From Spirochaetia bacterium (GTDB lineage: Bacteria; Spirochaetota; Spirochaetia; SZUA-6; Bin103), in assembly GCA_965199955.1 (NCBI GenBank), contig CBDATQ010000001.1, forward strand, positions 672,001 to 736,000: a DNA stretch of 64,000 nt, in the 5' to 3' direction. The notes under the pieces are model-generated. The model was not told the DNA's origin. It saw only the letters and a program-made list of their open reading frames with translations, and did not search any database. Numbering within the stretch: the first letter of the stretch is position 1; the number at the start of each line of letters is the position of its first letter. The translations under genes and the position numbers were made by a program. Below, piece by piece: positions 41,216 through 50,845 of this stretch.

Positions 41216-41281
41216 ACCGATCGAGTCGCACGGAACGAATTGCAACACCAATCGAATCAACGACCAGAGGAGAACCTGACC

Positions 41282-42484
41282 ATGCAGATCAAGGACGCGA
41301 TCGTCACCGATCATCCCTTTCCCAACGCCTTCTCGCCGGAAATGCTGCTGTTGGAGCACGGCTCCGGGTGCCGGGTCACCGACGCCGCGGGCAAGAGCTA
41401 CCTGGACCTGGGGGCCGGCATCGCCGTGAACGCGCTCGGCTACGGGCGGGAGGACCTGGCGGACGTCGCCGCCGCGCAGATGCGCAAGCTCGTGCACGTC
41501 TCCAACCTGTACACCACCGGCCCGGCGCTGGAGCTCGCCGGCAAGCTGACCGGCGACCGCTTCGCCGCGGTGCAGTACATGAACAGCGGCGCGGAGGCCA
41601 ACGAGTCTGCGCTCAAGTTCGCGCGCATGTACGCCCATCGCGGCGAGAAGAACGCCGAGCGCCACAAGATCCTGGCGTTCACCGGCGGGTTCCACGGGCG
41701 CACCTACGGCGCGCTGGCCTGCACGGCGACGCCCAAGTACCAGGAGCCGTTCCGGCCCATGCTGCCCGGCGTCGAGGTCGCGCCCTACAACGACGTGGAA
41801 GCGCTGCGAAAGACGCTCGACGGGACCTTCGCCGGCGTCATCGTCGAGGTGGTGCAGGGCGAGGGCGGGCTGCAGTCCATGACGCCGGAGTTCGCGGAGG
41901 CGCTGGGCGCCTGCCGCGACGAGCACGACCTCATCCTGATCGCCGATGAGGTGCAGACCGGCCTGGGACGCACCGGACACCTGCTCGCCTCCGACAGCGC
42001 CGGTCTGAAGCCGGACATCGTCACCCTGGCCAAGCCGCTGGCCGGCGGCCTGCCGCTGTCGGCGGTGCTGCTGCCCGCGGCGGTGAACGACCGGCTCCAT
42101 TTCGGCGAGCACGGCACCACCTTTGGCGGCGGGCCGGTGACCTGCGCGCTGGCCTCGCACGTGTTCGATATCCTCACCGATCCGGCGTTCCTGGCCGCCG
42201 TCCGCGAGCGCGGCGAGCAGCTCCGGCAGGGGCTGGAGTCGCTGCGGGAGGCGCACGGGCTGGGGACGGTGGTGGGCGCCGGGCTGCTGCGCGGCGTGCA
42301 CGTGCCGGGAAAGGCCGGCGAGCAGCCCCGGATCCAGGCGCTGTCGACCGCTCTGCGCGCCGCAGGCGTGCTGGTGCTCCGCTCGGGCGATGACGTGATG
42401 CGCATCGCGCCGCCGCTGGTGATCTCGGCCGACGAGATCGCCGAGGGGCTGCGCTGCATGGACACGGCGCTGGCGGGCCTGTAG
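41282..42484 (+). CDS. argD: Acetylornithine aminotransferase
   Basis: YLDLGAGIAVNALG, NSGAEANE, FHGRT, DEVQTGLGRTG, LAKPLAGG, HGTTFGG. Confidence 0.93.
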   Translation: MQIKDAIVTDHPFPNAFSPEMLLLEHGSGCRVTDAAGKSYLDLGAGIAVNALGYGREDLADVAAAQMRKLVHVSNLYTTGPALELAGKLTGDRFAAVQYMNSGAEANESALKFARMYAHRGEKNAERHKILAFTGGFHGRTYGALACTATPKYQEPFRPMLPGVEVAPYNDVEALRKTLDGTFAGVIVEVVQGEGGLQSMTPEFAEALGACRDEHDLILIADEVQTGLGRTGHLLASDSAGLKPDIVTLAKPLAGGLPLSAVLLPAAVNDRLHFGEHGTTFGGGPVTCALASHVFDILTDPAFLAAVRERGEQLRQGLESLREAHGLGTVVGAGLLRGVHVPGKAGEQPRIQALSTALRAAGVLVLRSGDDVMRIAPPLVISADEIAEGLRCMDTALAGL

Positions 42485-42504
42485 GAGAACGGGGAGCGCA
42501 GCAC

Positions 42505-43746
42505 ATGGCAACGAACGAAGCGAAGCGCCGGGACGTCGAGAGAATCGCCCTGGCCTACTCGGGGGGGCTGGACACCTCGATCATCATCCCGTGGCTCAAG
42601 GAGCGCTATCCGGGCGTGGAGGTGGTGGCCGTCTGCGCGGACGTCGGGCAGTCCGACGACCTGTCGGGACTGGAGGAGCGGGCAGCGGCGTCCGGCGCCG
42701 CCAAGCTCATCCTGCGCGACGTGCGCCGCGAGTTCGTCGAGGAGTACCTGTTCCCGATGCTCCGCGCCGGAGCGGTGTACGAGGGCAAGTACCTGCTCGG
42801 CACCTCGGCGGCCCGGCCGCTGCAAGCCAGGGTTCAGGTCGAGGCCGCCCGTTCCGAAAGGGCCGACGCGGTCTCCCACGGCTGTACCGGCAAGGGCAAC
42901 GACCAGGTACGGTTCGAGCTGGCCTACCGGGCGCTGGCGCCCGACCTGCAGATCATCGCGCCGTGGCGCCTGTGGGACATCCGCTCGCGCGAGGACGCCA
43001 TAGAGTACGCGGAGAGCCGCGGCATCGACCTGGCCGGAATCTCACGGGTCAACATCTATTCGCGCGACGACAACGTCTGGCACCTCAGCCACGAAGGCGG
43101 GGACCTGGAGGACGCCGGGCGGCGACCGCAGGAGACGCTGTTCCAGCGCTCGGTGTCGCCGGCGGAGGCGCCCGACCGCGAGCAGGAGGTCACGGTCGAG
43201 TTCGAACGGGGCATCCCGGTGGCCGTGGACGGCGTCCGGCACGGCCCGGTGGAGCTGGTGCTCAGGCTCAACGAGCTGGGCGCCGCGAACGGCATCGGCC
43301 GGGCGGACATCGTCGAGACGCGCGTGGTCGGCATGAAGAGCCGCGGCGTGTACGAGACCCCGGGCGGCACGATCCTGTACGCGGCGCTGCGCGAGCTGGA
43401 GATGCTCACGCTGGAGGCGGACGCCCTGCGCAGCAAGCAGCAGTTGGCCATGACCTACGCCGACGCCGTGTACAGCGGCCACTGGTTCTCGACGTTGCGC
43501 GAGTCGCTGGACGCGTTCATGCAGCGGGTCTGCGCTCGGGTCACCGGCGCGGTGACCGTGAGCCTGTACAAGGGAGGCATCACCGTGGCGGGCCGCCACT
43601 CGCCGTACTCGCTCTATGACGAGGGGCTGGCGTCGTTCAGCGCCGGCTCCTACGACCACCAGGACGCGAGCGGCTTCATCCAGCTCTACGGCCTGTCGAC
43701 CCGCACCGCGGCGATGGTGGACGGGGGGACGGACGGGGACGGCTGA
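42505..43746 (+). CDS. argG: Argininosuccinate synthase
   Basis: LAYSGGLDTS, HGCTGKGNDQVRFE, GMKSRGVYETPGG. Confidence 0.97.
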   Translation: MATNEAKRRDVERIALAYSGGLDTSIIIPWLKERYPGVEVVAVCADVGQSDDLSGLEERAAASGAAKLILRDVRREFVEEYLFPMLRAGAVYEGKYLLGTSAARPLQARVQVEAARSERADAVSHGCTGKGNDQVRFELAYRALAPDLQIIAPWRLWDIRSREDAIEYAESRGIDLAGISRVNIYSRDDNVWHLSHEGGDLEDAGRRPQETLFQRSVSPAEAPDREQEVTVEFERGIPVAVDGVRHGPVELVLRLNELGAANGIGRADIVETRVVGMKSRGVYETPGGTILYAALRELEMLTLEADALRSKQQLAMTYADAVYSGHWFSTLRESLDAFMQRVCARVTGAVTVSLYKGGITVAGRHSPYSLYDEGLASFSAGSYDHQDASGFIQLYGLSTRTAAMVDGGTDGDG

Positions 43747-43813
43747 CGCAGGCTGCCGGCGCGGCGCCGGCGGCCGAGCGGCGCGGTGCTCGTGGACTCG
43801 GGCGTGCGGCGGG

Positions 43814-43841
43814 CGGTACACTTCAACCAGGAAGTGTACCG
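43814..43841. other. 11-bp inverted repeat just upstream of tRNA-Pro
   Basis: CGGTACACTTC-AACCAG-GAAGTGTACCG. Confidence 0.7.
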
Positions 43842-43858
43842 TGGGGCCGCTTCCGTTT

Positions 43859-43931
43859 CGGGCTGTGGCGCAGTTGGTAGCGTACACGTCTGGGGGGCGT
43901 GGGGTCGGCGGTTCAAGTCCGCCCAGCCCGA
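43859..43931 (+). tRNA. tRNA-Pro(GGG)
   Basis: CGGGCTG...CAGCCCG-A acceptor stem; anticodon arm CACGT-CTGGGGG-GCGTG; TTCAAGT T-loop; CCA not encoded. Confidence 0.94.
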
Positions 43932-43974
43932 TGAGACGCGGGGAGCCGGTTCGCAAAGGAGAAAGGTTGGGTTC

Positions 43975-44559
43975 ATGGGAACCATCAAGTCGTCGTGGGA
44001 GATCGCCCTGGAGCGGACGAAGGATGTCGTCCCCGACAAGGAGAATCTGGAGCAGAACCGGTTCAGCACCGAGGGCAGAAAGCTCGTGTCGCGCTATTTC
44101 GGCGATCCGGAGGTCGACCTGCAGGAGTTGCTGGAGCCGTTCGAAGGCAAGCAGGCCGGCTGGGTCCGCGACGGGGTGCGCGATGCCTTGCTCAGCAACC
44201 TCACCCTCCCCACGGACGAGTTCGCGCTGAAGCGCAGCCGCCGCGCCGGCGAAGGATTCGGCGCGCTCAGCACCAATGACCGCAAGCTGCGCATGCTGCT
44301 GGGCCAGCTCGAGCAGTTCTTCCAGGAGTACCTGGGAGAGCGCAACCGCATGAGGCAGGAGGTCGATCGCGCCTACGAGCCGCGCCGCCAGCAGAAGGAG
44401 GCGGAGATGGAGAAGAAGACCGGCCAGCGGGTGCAGATCAACCCCCAGAACGACCCGGAGTACGTGGGGCTGATGCGCCAGCAGCTCATGATGGTGGACG
44501 ACCGCTACGGCCAGGTCCTGCAGGGCGTACGGGACGAGCTCAGCTCCATGTCGGAGTGA
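43975..44559 (+). CDS. Conserved hypothetical helical protein
   Basis: MGTIKSSWEIALERT..., strong codon bias, purine-rich RBS region upstream. Confidence 0.75.
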   Translation: MGTIKSSWEIALERTKDVVPDKENLEQNRFSTEGRKLVSRYFGDPEVDLQELLEPFEGKQAGWVRDGVRDALLSNLTLPTDEFALKRSRRAGEGFGALSTNDRKLRMLLGQLEQFFQEYLGERNRMRQEVDRAYEPRRQQKEAEMEKKTGQRVQINPQNDPEYVGLMRQQLMMVDDRYGQVLQGVRDELSSMSE

Positions 44560-44589
44560 CCGGACCCGTCGCCGAACCGGCACCGTACC

Positions 44590-45159
44590 GTGGTCGATGC
44601 TGAGCTGATCGGGGAGGCTCTGGACCGCATCGACAAGGCCCACCGGCAGGATCCGGCGGGCCGGGCGCTCGAGTACGCGCGGCGCATGACGCGCTGGCTG
44701 GAGCGCTTGGTGCTGCATCCGTCGGCGGCGCTGGCCATCGCCGTCCGCGCCCAGCACCTGCGGCGCTGGGAGATCCCGCGCGCCGGCTACCCGGAGGGCC
44801 GTTCCGGCTACCTGCGCTGGCGGCGCGCCTGCGCCCGGCACCACGCCGACAAGGTGGGGCTCATCCTGGACGATCTGTGTGCGCCCGCCGCGCTGATCGA
44901 GCGGGTGGCGGCGCTGGTCCGCAAGGAGGGACTGGGGCGCGATGCGGAGACGCAGGCGCTTGAGGATGCGGCGTGCCTGTCGTTCCTGGAGGCGGAGCTG
45001 GCCGGGTTCGCGGAAGGGCGCGATCCGGAAACGTTGCAGCGGGTGCTCGGCCGGACTTGGGAGAAGATGTCCCCGCGAGCGCGAGAGCTCGCTGCATCCC
45101 TGGACGTGCGTCCACCGCTCGACGAGGTGATCGGCCTGCGGCCGCCGTCCGGTCAGTAG
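44590..45159 (+). CDS. DUF4202-like protein
   Basis: IDKAHRQDP, RAQHLRRWEIPR.GYP.GR.GYL.WR, QALEDAACLSFL, TWEKMS. Confidence 0.75.
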   Translation: MVDAELIGEALDRIDKAHRQDPAGRALEYARRMTRWLERLVLHPSAALAIAVRAQHLRRWEIPRAGYPEGRSGYLRWRRACARHHADKVGLILDDLCAPAALIERVAALVRKEGLGRDAETQALEDAACLSFLEAELAGFAEGRDPETLQRVLGRTWEKMSPRARELAASLDVRPPLDEVIGLRPPSGQ

Positions 45160-46826
45160 CGAACGGCGGTGCTCACCTCGATCAGGTGTGCCCGCTCGTC
45201 GGCACCCCGTACCCAGTCGCGGTTGCTCACCTGCTCGTAGGTGTAGGCAAGCGCGACGTTCAGCTCCACGGGCTCCAGGTCGACGCGCAGATCGATGCCG
45301 GCACGTGCCTGCAGGAGGTGCTCCAGCACGTCCTGCTTGAGGAAGGTCGAGGGACCGGTGAACACGAACGTGCCGTCGATCAGGCCGTGATCCCAGACCG
45401 AGCCGCCGGCAGGGCCGCCGTGGCGCACCCGGCGCAGCGACAGGTCGACCCCAAGCCACGCCACGGGGAACGCCCGGGCGCGAACGAGAATCTCGTCGGA
45501 ATTGGGGTGCAGCAGGGTGCCCAGGTGGCGCCCGTCGTTCGTGTACTGCAGGTAGTCGAGCGCCGATGGATGGTGTGCGTACATGTACGGCGTGACCATC
45601 CGGTAGCGGGCGGCCAGCACCGTCAGGATCGGCAGGGGCGGGGCGACGCTCGCCTCCAGCTCGACGGCCATCTTGTTCTGGTCGGAGTCGAAGTCGAAGC
45701 GCCGCAGCTTCGTCAGGTTCACGTCGTCGACGAACAGCACGGCGCTCGCCGATGCTCCGTACGGCAGCCGCACGCGGGCTGCCGCGCCGACGAAGGCGTT
45801 GTCGTAGTCGTCGAGCTGCATCTGCGTATACAGGACGGGAAACACCGGCAGCAGGTAGGTCGGCGACAGCCGCCCGCCGAATATCACCGACTGCAACGCG
45901 GTCAGCTCCAGCCAGTCCGTGGGATAGAAGCTCAGCGATTGCGCCACCAGGTACTTGCTCGGGTGGAAGCCCTGCTCCTTTCTGGCGCGGGTGCGCAGGG
46001 AGTAGCGTTCCCGTTCGGAGCCGCAGAAGCCGCGTTCCTTCGTGGCGGCGCTGCAGATTCCGTACGTGGCGATCAGGTCCAGGAACATTGCCGAATAGGC
46101 GACCCAGGGCGCGCGGTAGGTTCCGGCCAGGTACCCGGCCGGCGGCGCGGCGGCGGACACGACCGGGCTGTCCTCCCCGTGCCCGAAGGAGCTCTGGCCG
46201 AAGCCGGCCTGCACGAACCAGGTGCCGGGCCCGGTTCCCAGGTCGCTCGCGCCGAAGAAGCCGGTGCCGGCCAGCTCCACCTGCACGTCGAACTCTTCCC
46301 CCAGGATGGTGGTTCCGTCGCCGGGCGCGCCCGGATCGTAGGGGTCAGGCGCGAACTCGGGCGCGACGGGCTCAGGAACGACCGAGGTGGCCAACGTGCG
46401 GGCGGCTAACCCGAAGCCGACCCGCTCGCCGAGCGGCAGCTCGACCCCCGCCCCGAGCTGGACCGCGAGCTGCGCCGGCAACGCGTCGGCGCCAGCTTCT
46501 CCGCCGGAGGTGATCGGGGCCTTCGACCTGCGCGCGACCTGCGCCCGTCCCTGCACCGGCAGCGCCCCGAAGTAGCGTTCCAGCAGGCTCCGGGCGATCT
46601 GCCGGTCCGTATCATGTTCGGAGGCCGCCACCCGCTGCAGGGCGCTGCGCACGAGCGGCGCCGGCAGCGGCCGCAGCGGCGGCAGCCACTCGATCAGCCC
46701 CCGCTGCTCCCAGGAACGCAGGTGGCCGTAGACCGGGTCGTTCGGGGAGACCAGCGTCTGGGTGCCGGCGCACAGCGGCAGGCCGATCAGCACTGCCAGC
46801 AGCGCGGCGCGGGTGTGGCGGATCAC
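45153..46826 (-). CDS. Secreted or outer-membrane beta-rich protein (Wzi-like)
   Basis: Signal peptide, DPVYGHL..WE.RGLI..LP.LRP N-terminus, alternating beta strands, C-terminal Tyr. Start GTG near 46826 inferred. Confidence 0.6.
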   Translation of the reverse strand: MIRHTRAALLAVLIGLPLCAGTQTLVSPNDPVYGHLRSWEQRGLIEWLPPLRPLPAPLVRSALQRVAASEHDTDRQIARSLLERYFGALPVQGRAQVARRSKAPITSGGEAGADALPAQLAVQLGAGVELPLGERVGFGLAARTLATSVVPEPVAPEFAPDPYDPGAPGDGTTILGEEFDVQVELAGTGFFGASDLGTGPGTWFVQAGFGQSSFGHGEDSPVVSAAAPPAGYLAGTYRAPWVAYSAMFLDLIATYGICSAATKERGFCGSERERYSLRTRARKEQGFHPSKYLVAQSLSFYPTDWLELTALQSVIFGGRLSPTYLLPVFPVLYTQMQLDDYDNAFVGAAARVRLPYGASASAVLFVDDVNLTKLRRFDFDSDQNKMAVELEASVAPPLPILTVLAARYRMVTPYMYAHHPSALDYLQYTNDGRHLGTLLHPNSDEILVRARAFPVAWLGVDLSLRRVRHGGPAGGSVWDHGLIDGTFVFTGPSTFLKQDVLEHLLQARAGIDLRVDLEPVELNVALAYTYEQVSNRDWVRGADERAHLIEVSTAVRY

Positions 46827-46873
46827 GCGCGCACTATGCACTATACCGTGCGGCTGATCGCGGCCGGGGGTGC

Positions 46874-48121
46874 TCAGGCGGCGCCGAAGCGCTCGGCCAC
46901 GGCGCACATCGCCTGATCGGCGATCTGCAGGCTCTCGTCGATGTCGGCCTCGGTGTGGGCGGCGCTCAGGAACCAGTTGTGGTGAGGGTGGAAGTAGGCG
47001 CCGCGCCGGGTCGCTTCCGCGCAGAAGAGCTGGCTGCGGTGGAAGTCGGTCTCGTTGGCGAAGCGGACGAACGGCATGGCCGGCAGGCCGGTGACGGCCA
47101 GACGCTGCCCGTGCCGGGCGGCCGCGGCGTGCAGGCCGGCGATGAGCCGCTCGCCCAGGGCGGCGACCCGCTCGATCACGCCGTCCTCGTCGATGCGCCG
47201 CAGGCAGGAGAGCGCGGCGGCCATCGGGTAGGCGTGCATCCAGAAGGTGCCGGTACAGAACACGCGGCTGGCCGCCCCCTTTACGCCGTCGCGGCCCAGG
47301 CACGCCGCGATCGGATAGCCGTTGGCGATCGCCTTCGAGTAGCAGCACAGGTCCGGCTGGTAGCCGAAGCGCACGTGCGATCCTTGCAGGTGCGCGCGGA
47401 AGCCGACGCGGATGTCGTCGCTGATCACCAGCGCGCCGCGATCGTGGGCGAGCGCGCACAGGCCGTCCAGGAACCCGGCGGCCGGCAGCTCGGAGTCAGC
47501 GAAGGCCGGGTGGTGGTAGGGTGTCACCATCACCGCCGCGATGTCGTCGGGATAGCGGTGGAACAGGCCGGCGACGCTGTCCAGGTCGTTCCAGCGGAAG
47601 CGATGGACGTGGGCCAGGTCCTCTTCGAGCAGGCCGGCATGCCCGGGCACCGCCCACGGGTGGGCGCCGTGGTAGGCGCCGTGGGCGGCCAGCACCTTGC
47701 GGCGCCCGGTGTGGGCGCGAGCGGTCTGCAGCGCGTAGGTGGTCATGTCCGAGCCGTTGATCCCGAACAGCGCCCAGTCCATGCCGGCGATTCGGGCGGT
47801 CAGCTCCTCGGCCAGCTCCACCATCTCCGGGCAGGGCGTGTTGAAGCCGAAGCCCCGCCGCATGGCGGCTGCGGCGGCATCGTCGACGCCGCGGTCGCGG
47901 TAGCCGAGCAGGTTGCCGCCGAAGCCGCACAGGAAGTCGATGTACTCGTTGCCGTCGACGTCCCGGAAGCGGCAGCCTGCGCCGCTCTCGGCGTAGTAGG
48001 GAAAGGAGCCCGGCACCACCAGCGCCGGGCTCTTCGTGCCGTAGATGCCGCGGGGGATGACCTCGACGGCGCGGGTCAGGAGCTGCCTGCTGCGCGTGAA
48101 GCGGAACGGTGCGGCCATCAT
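46874..48121 (-). CDS. Class III PLP aminotransferase (glutamate-1-semialdehyde aminomutase-like)
   Basis: DVDGNEYIDF, NGSD, YHG, DDIRVGFR, YSKAIANGYP, GTF. Confidence 0.88.
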   Translation of the reverse strand: MMAAPFRFTRSRQLLTRAVEVIPRGIYGTKSPALVVPGSFPYYAESGAGCRFRDVDGNEYIDFLCGFGGNLLGYRDRGVDDAAAAAMRRGFGFNTPCPEMVELAEELTARIAGMDWALFGINGSDMTTYALQTARAHTGRRKVLAAHGAYHGAHPWAVPGHAGLLEEDLAHVHRFRWNDLDSVAGLFHRYPDDIAAVMVTPYHHPAFADSELPAAGFLDGLCALAHDRGALVISDDIRVGFRAHLQGSHVRFGYQPDLCCYSKAIANGYPIAACLGRDGVKGAASRVFCTGTFWMHAYPMAAALSCLRRIDEDGVIERVAALGERLIAGLHAAAARHGQRLAVTGLPAMPFVRFANETDFHRSQLFCAEATRRGAYFHPHHNWFLSAAHTEADIDESLQIADQAMCAVAERFGAA

Positions 48122-48882
48122 CCCGCCAGCAGCATCTGCACGTCGCCGACCACCTGGAAGACGGCATCCGCAAGCAGGGTCTGCCCGCGCAGCTCGATAC
48201 TGCCAAGACCGATCGCTGCGGCCGGCTCCAGGCGGCCTGCCAGCAGGTCGTGTCCGCACGACACGGACGCGAAGCCCAGGGTGAGGTTGGGGGCGGTGTC
48301 GGGTTCGGGCTCGATGGTCAGCCGATCGCCGCGCTTGCGGGCCGCGACGTCCGCCATGCCCGGCGCCCGCAGCGCGATCGTGCCGTCGGGGGCCTCCTGC
48401 AGGGTGCGGCGCGCCCTGGAGTCCACGCTTGCCAGCACGCCGACGGCGCGTACCAGCGCGTCCAGCCGCATCCGCAGCGCGAGAGTGAGGGCCTCACCAT
48501 TCTTGTCGCCGGGCTCGGGCTCGCTCAGGCTGAGGTAGTGGCTCAGCCGGTTGGTCAGCCTCGGGAGAGCGCGCAGCAGCCCGACGCGCCAAACGCCGAA
48601 GAGCGGGATCGGTATGCCGCTGCCGGTGAAGGAGCGGACCAGCGCGCGATCGGTGGGGAACCAGAGACTGAGCCCCGGAGCCGTGCGCCGCACCGGCTCG
48701 AAGCTCACCGCGCCGTCGCGGAAACGCAACAGCGCGGCGGGGCCGCCGGCCTGCGCAAACTGGATGCTGGTGCGCCAGCCCCGCACCAGCGCATGGGATT
48801 CGGCGTCGCCGGCGCACAGCGCCGGGATCTGCGCCAGCACGCCGTGCAGGAAGATGCGCGCCCGGATCGCGTCGGGGGTCAC
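48118..48882 (-). CDS. Hypothetical protein with SCP2-like repeats
   Basis: C-terminal PNLTLGF...LLAGRLEPAAAIGLGSIELRG pattern; stop overlaps the aminotransferase start. Confidence 0.5.
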   Translation of the reverse strand: MTPDAIRARIFLHGVLAQIPALCAGDAESHALVRGWRTSIQFAQAGGPAALLRFRDGAVSFEPVRRTAPGLSLWFPTDRALVRSFTGSGIPIPLFGVWRVGLLRALPRLTNRLSHYLSLSEPEPGDKNGEALTLALRMRLDALVRAVGVLASVDSRARRTLQEAPDGTIALRAPGMADVAARKRGDRLTIEPEPDTAPNLTLGFASVSCGHDLLAGRLEPAAAIGLGSIELRGQTLLADAVFQVVGDVQMLLAG

Positions 48883-48890
48883 GACGAACC

Positions 48891-49970
48891 TTAGGATACC
48901 GCACGCGCGGGGTCTCTCGGGGGCCGCCCGCGCGTCCGTTGAGCGATGCGGCCTGTCCGGCGGAACCACTCGAACGACGCACGGATCGCCCGCTCGATGC
49001 CGGCGACGTCGTCCGGCACATAGCCCAGATCGCGCGCCGCCTTGGCCGACGAGTAGTGGAACGACTCGCACGCGGCGCGGGCGAGCGGCAGGCTCAATCC
49101 CGGGTCGCGGCCCGTGAGACGGCCGGCGGCCGATCCCGCCGCACCCGCCGAGCAGATGAGCCATGCCGGCAGTGGCACCGGCCGCGTACGGCTTGCGGTC
49201 ACGCCGCAGATCAGCTCGAACAGCGTCCGGTAGCTGATGTTGGCGCCGCCGAGCACGTAGCACTCACCAGGGGCGCCGTGCCGGAGCGCGCGCTCCACGC
49301 CGCGGCAGACCGTGCCGATGCCGGCGACGTTCCGTCCCCGCCCGGCCGGATAGGGGTAGATTGCCGGCGACCGGGCCAGTTGCTGGATCAGGCGGCCGGG
49401 TCCGGGCACGCGGTCGTGGGCGCCGAACAGGAAGGTCGGGTTGACCACGATCGCGGGCGGATCGGCCCGCAGCGCGACCTGCTGCGCCTGTTGCTTGCTG
49501 ACGATATAGCCCAGGCCGTAGCGCCGGCCGCGGAACGGCGTGCGTTCGTCGGTCTGTCCGCCGTGCGGTGCGGGCCCGAACGAGTTTGCGCTGCCCACGT
49601 GCACGATGCGGCCCACCCGTTCGTCGCGCGCGGCCTCCAGGACGGAGCACGTGCCGTCCACGTTGACACGGAAGCAAGAGGGGCTGTGCGCCGGCCACAC
49701 CGCGGTGTCGGCGGCTGCGTGCACGACCGCCAGCACGCCGGACATCGCCGCCCGCAAGGCGCCGACGTCGAACAGATCGCCGCTCACCGGCAGAGCGCCC
49801 AGGCCGGCAAGCTCCCGTGCAGCCGCGGCGCGCCGGCACAGCGCCCGCACCGTCCAGCCGGACTCGACCAGCACGGGTACGAGGTTGCGACCCAGGAAGC
49901 CGGTGGCCCCCGTGACCAGGACCGTGCCCCGAGTTCGTCGCCTGCGGCTCCGTCCCTGGCCCATCGCCAC
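48891..49970 (-). CDS. NAD-dependent epimerase/dehydratase (extended SDR, HpnA/dihydroflavonol reductase-like)
   Basis: VLVTGATGFLG, VVHAAA, NVDGT, YIVSK, VNPTFLFG, SSAKAARDLGY. Confidence 0.88.
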   Translation of the reverse strand: MAMGQGRSRRRRTRGTVLVTGATGFLGRNLVPVLVESGWTVRALCRRAAAARELAGLGALPVSGDLFDVGALRAAMSGVLAVVHAAADTAVWPAHSPSCFRVNVDGTCSVLEAARDERVGRIVHVGSANSFGPAPHGGQTDERTPFRGRRYGLGYIVSKQQAQQVALRADPPAIVVNPTFLFGAHDRVPGPGRLIQQLARSPAIYPYPAGRGRNVAGIGTVCRGVERALRHGAPGECYVLGGANISYRTLFELICGVTASRTRPVPLPAWLICSAGAAGSAAGRLTGRDPGLSLPLARAACESFHYSSAKAARDLGYVPDDVAGIERAIRASFEWFRRTGRIAQRTRGRPPRDPARAVS

Positions 49971-50035
49971 CCTCCGCTACGGAGTCTGTGGGATTGCCGC
50001 TTGCGCGCCAATCCGACAGACTCACGGGCGCGACC

Positions 50036-50845
50036 ATGGCCGAGCGATTCAATCCCGAGGGCAAGGTCGTGCTGATCACCGGTGGCGCCGGCGGCATCGG
50101 CTTCGCGCTGGCGCGCCGCTTCGGAGCGGCCGGATGCCGCGTGGCGTTGCTCGACGTCGACGAAGTGGGGTTGGCGGAACGCTCGGCCGCGCTCGCCGAG
50201 GCGGGGGTGGAGCATCTGGTCCGCCGGTGCGACGTCACCGACCGCGCCGACGTAGGCGCGGCCGTGACGGAGGTCTGCAGCCGCTTCGGCGGCGTCGACC
50301 TGCTGTTCAACAACGCGGGCATGAGCCACCGGAGCGCGTTTCGGGACACCGCCGCGGTCGTGTACGAGCGCGTGATCGCGGTCAACCTGTTCGGATCGCT
50401 CTACTGCGCGCAGGCCGCGTTACCGTCGCTGCTGCGACGAAAGGGCATGATCGTCGTCACCTCCAGCATCGCGGGATTCGCTCCCCTGCTCGGCCGCACC
50501 GGGTACTGCGCGTCCAAGTATGCCCTGCACGGCATGTTCGAGACCGCGCGGGCGGAGCTGATCGGCACCGGGGTGAGCGTGCTCATCGTCTGCCCCAGCT
50601 TCGTCGATACCAATATCGTCGCCAACGCGCTGGACGCATCGGGCAACCGCACGGAGCGCCCGCGGGTCGAGATGGGCAAAGCCGCGAGCCCGGACTACGT
50701 GGCCGAACGCATCCTGGCCGCCGTGGTGCGAAGGAGGCGGTTCCTGGTGCTGTCGGGGACCGGCCGCGGGGCGTTGCTGCTGTCGCGGCTTGCGCCCGGG
50801 GTGTACGAGCGCTTCATCCGCCGCCGATTCGCCGACGAGCTCTGA
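50036..50845 (+). CDS. Short-chain dehydrogenase/reductase
   Basis: TGGAGGIG, NNAG, SSIAG, YCASK. Confidence 0.92.
   Translation: MAERFNPEGKVVLITGGAGGIGFALARRFGAAGCRVALLDVDEVGLAERSAALAEAGVEHLVRRCDVTDRADVGAAVTEVCSRFGGVDLLFNNAGMSHRSAFRDTAAVVYERVIAVNLFGSLYCAQAALPSLLRRKGMIVVTSSIAGFAPLLGRTGYCASKYALHGMFETARAELIGTGVSVLIVCPSFVDTNIVANALDASGNRTERPRVEMGKAASPDYVAERILAAVVRRRRFLVLSGTGRGALLLSRLAPGVYERFIRRRFADEL

Noticed and set aside
45153..47459. 768-aa length for the outer-membrane-like protein
   Set aside because: The N-terminal 211 codons largely overlap the aminotransferase in another frame; the signal peptide begins near 46826.
46874..48121. Calling the class III aminotransferase hemL
   Set aside because: It lacks the usual HemL PGGVNSPVR and SGTEA motifs and has no tetrapyrrole context.
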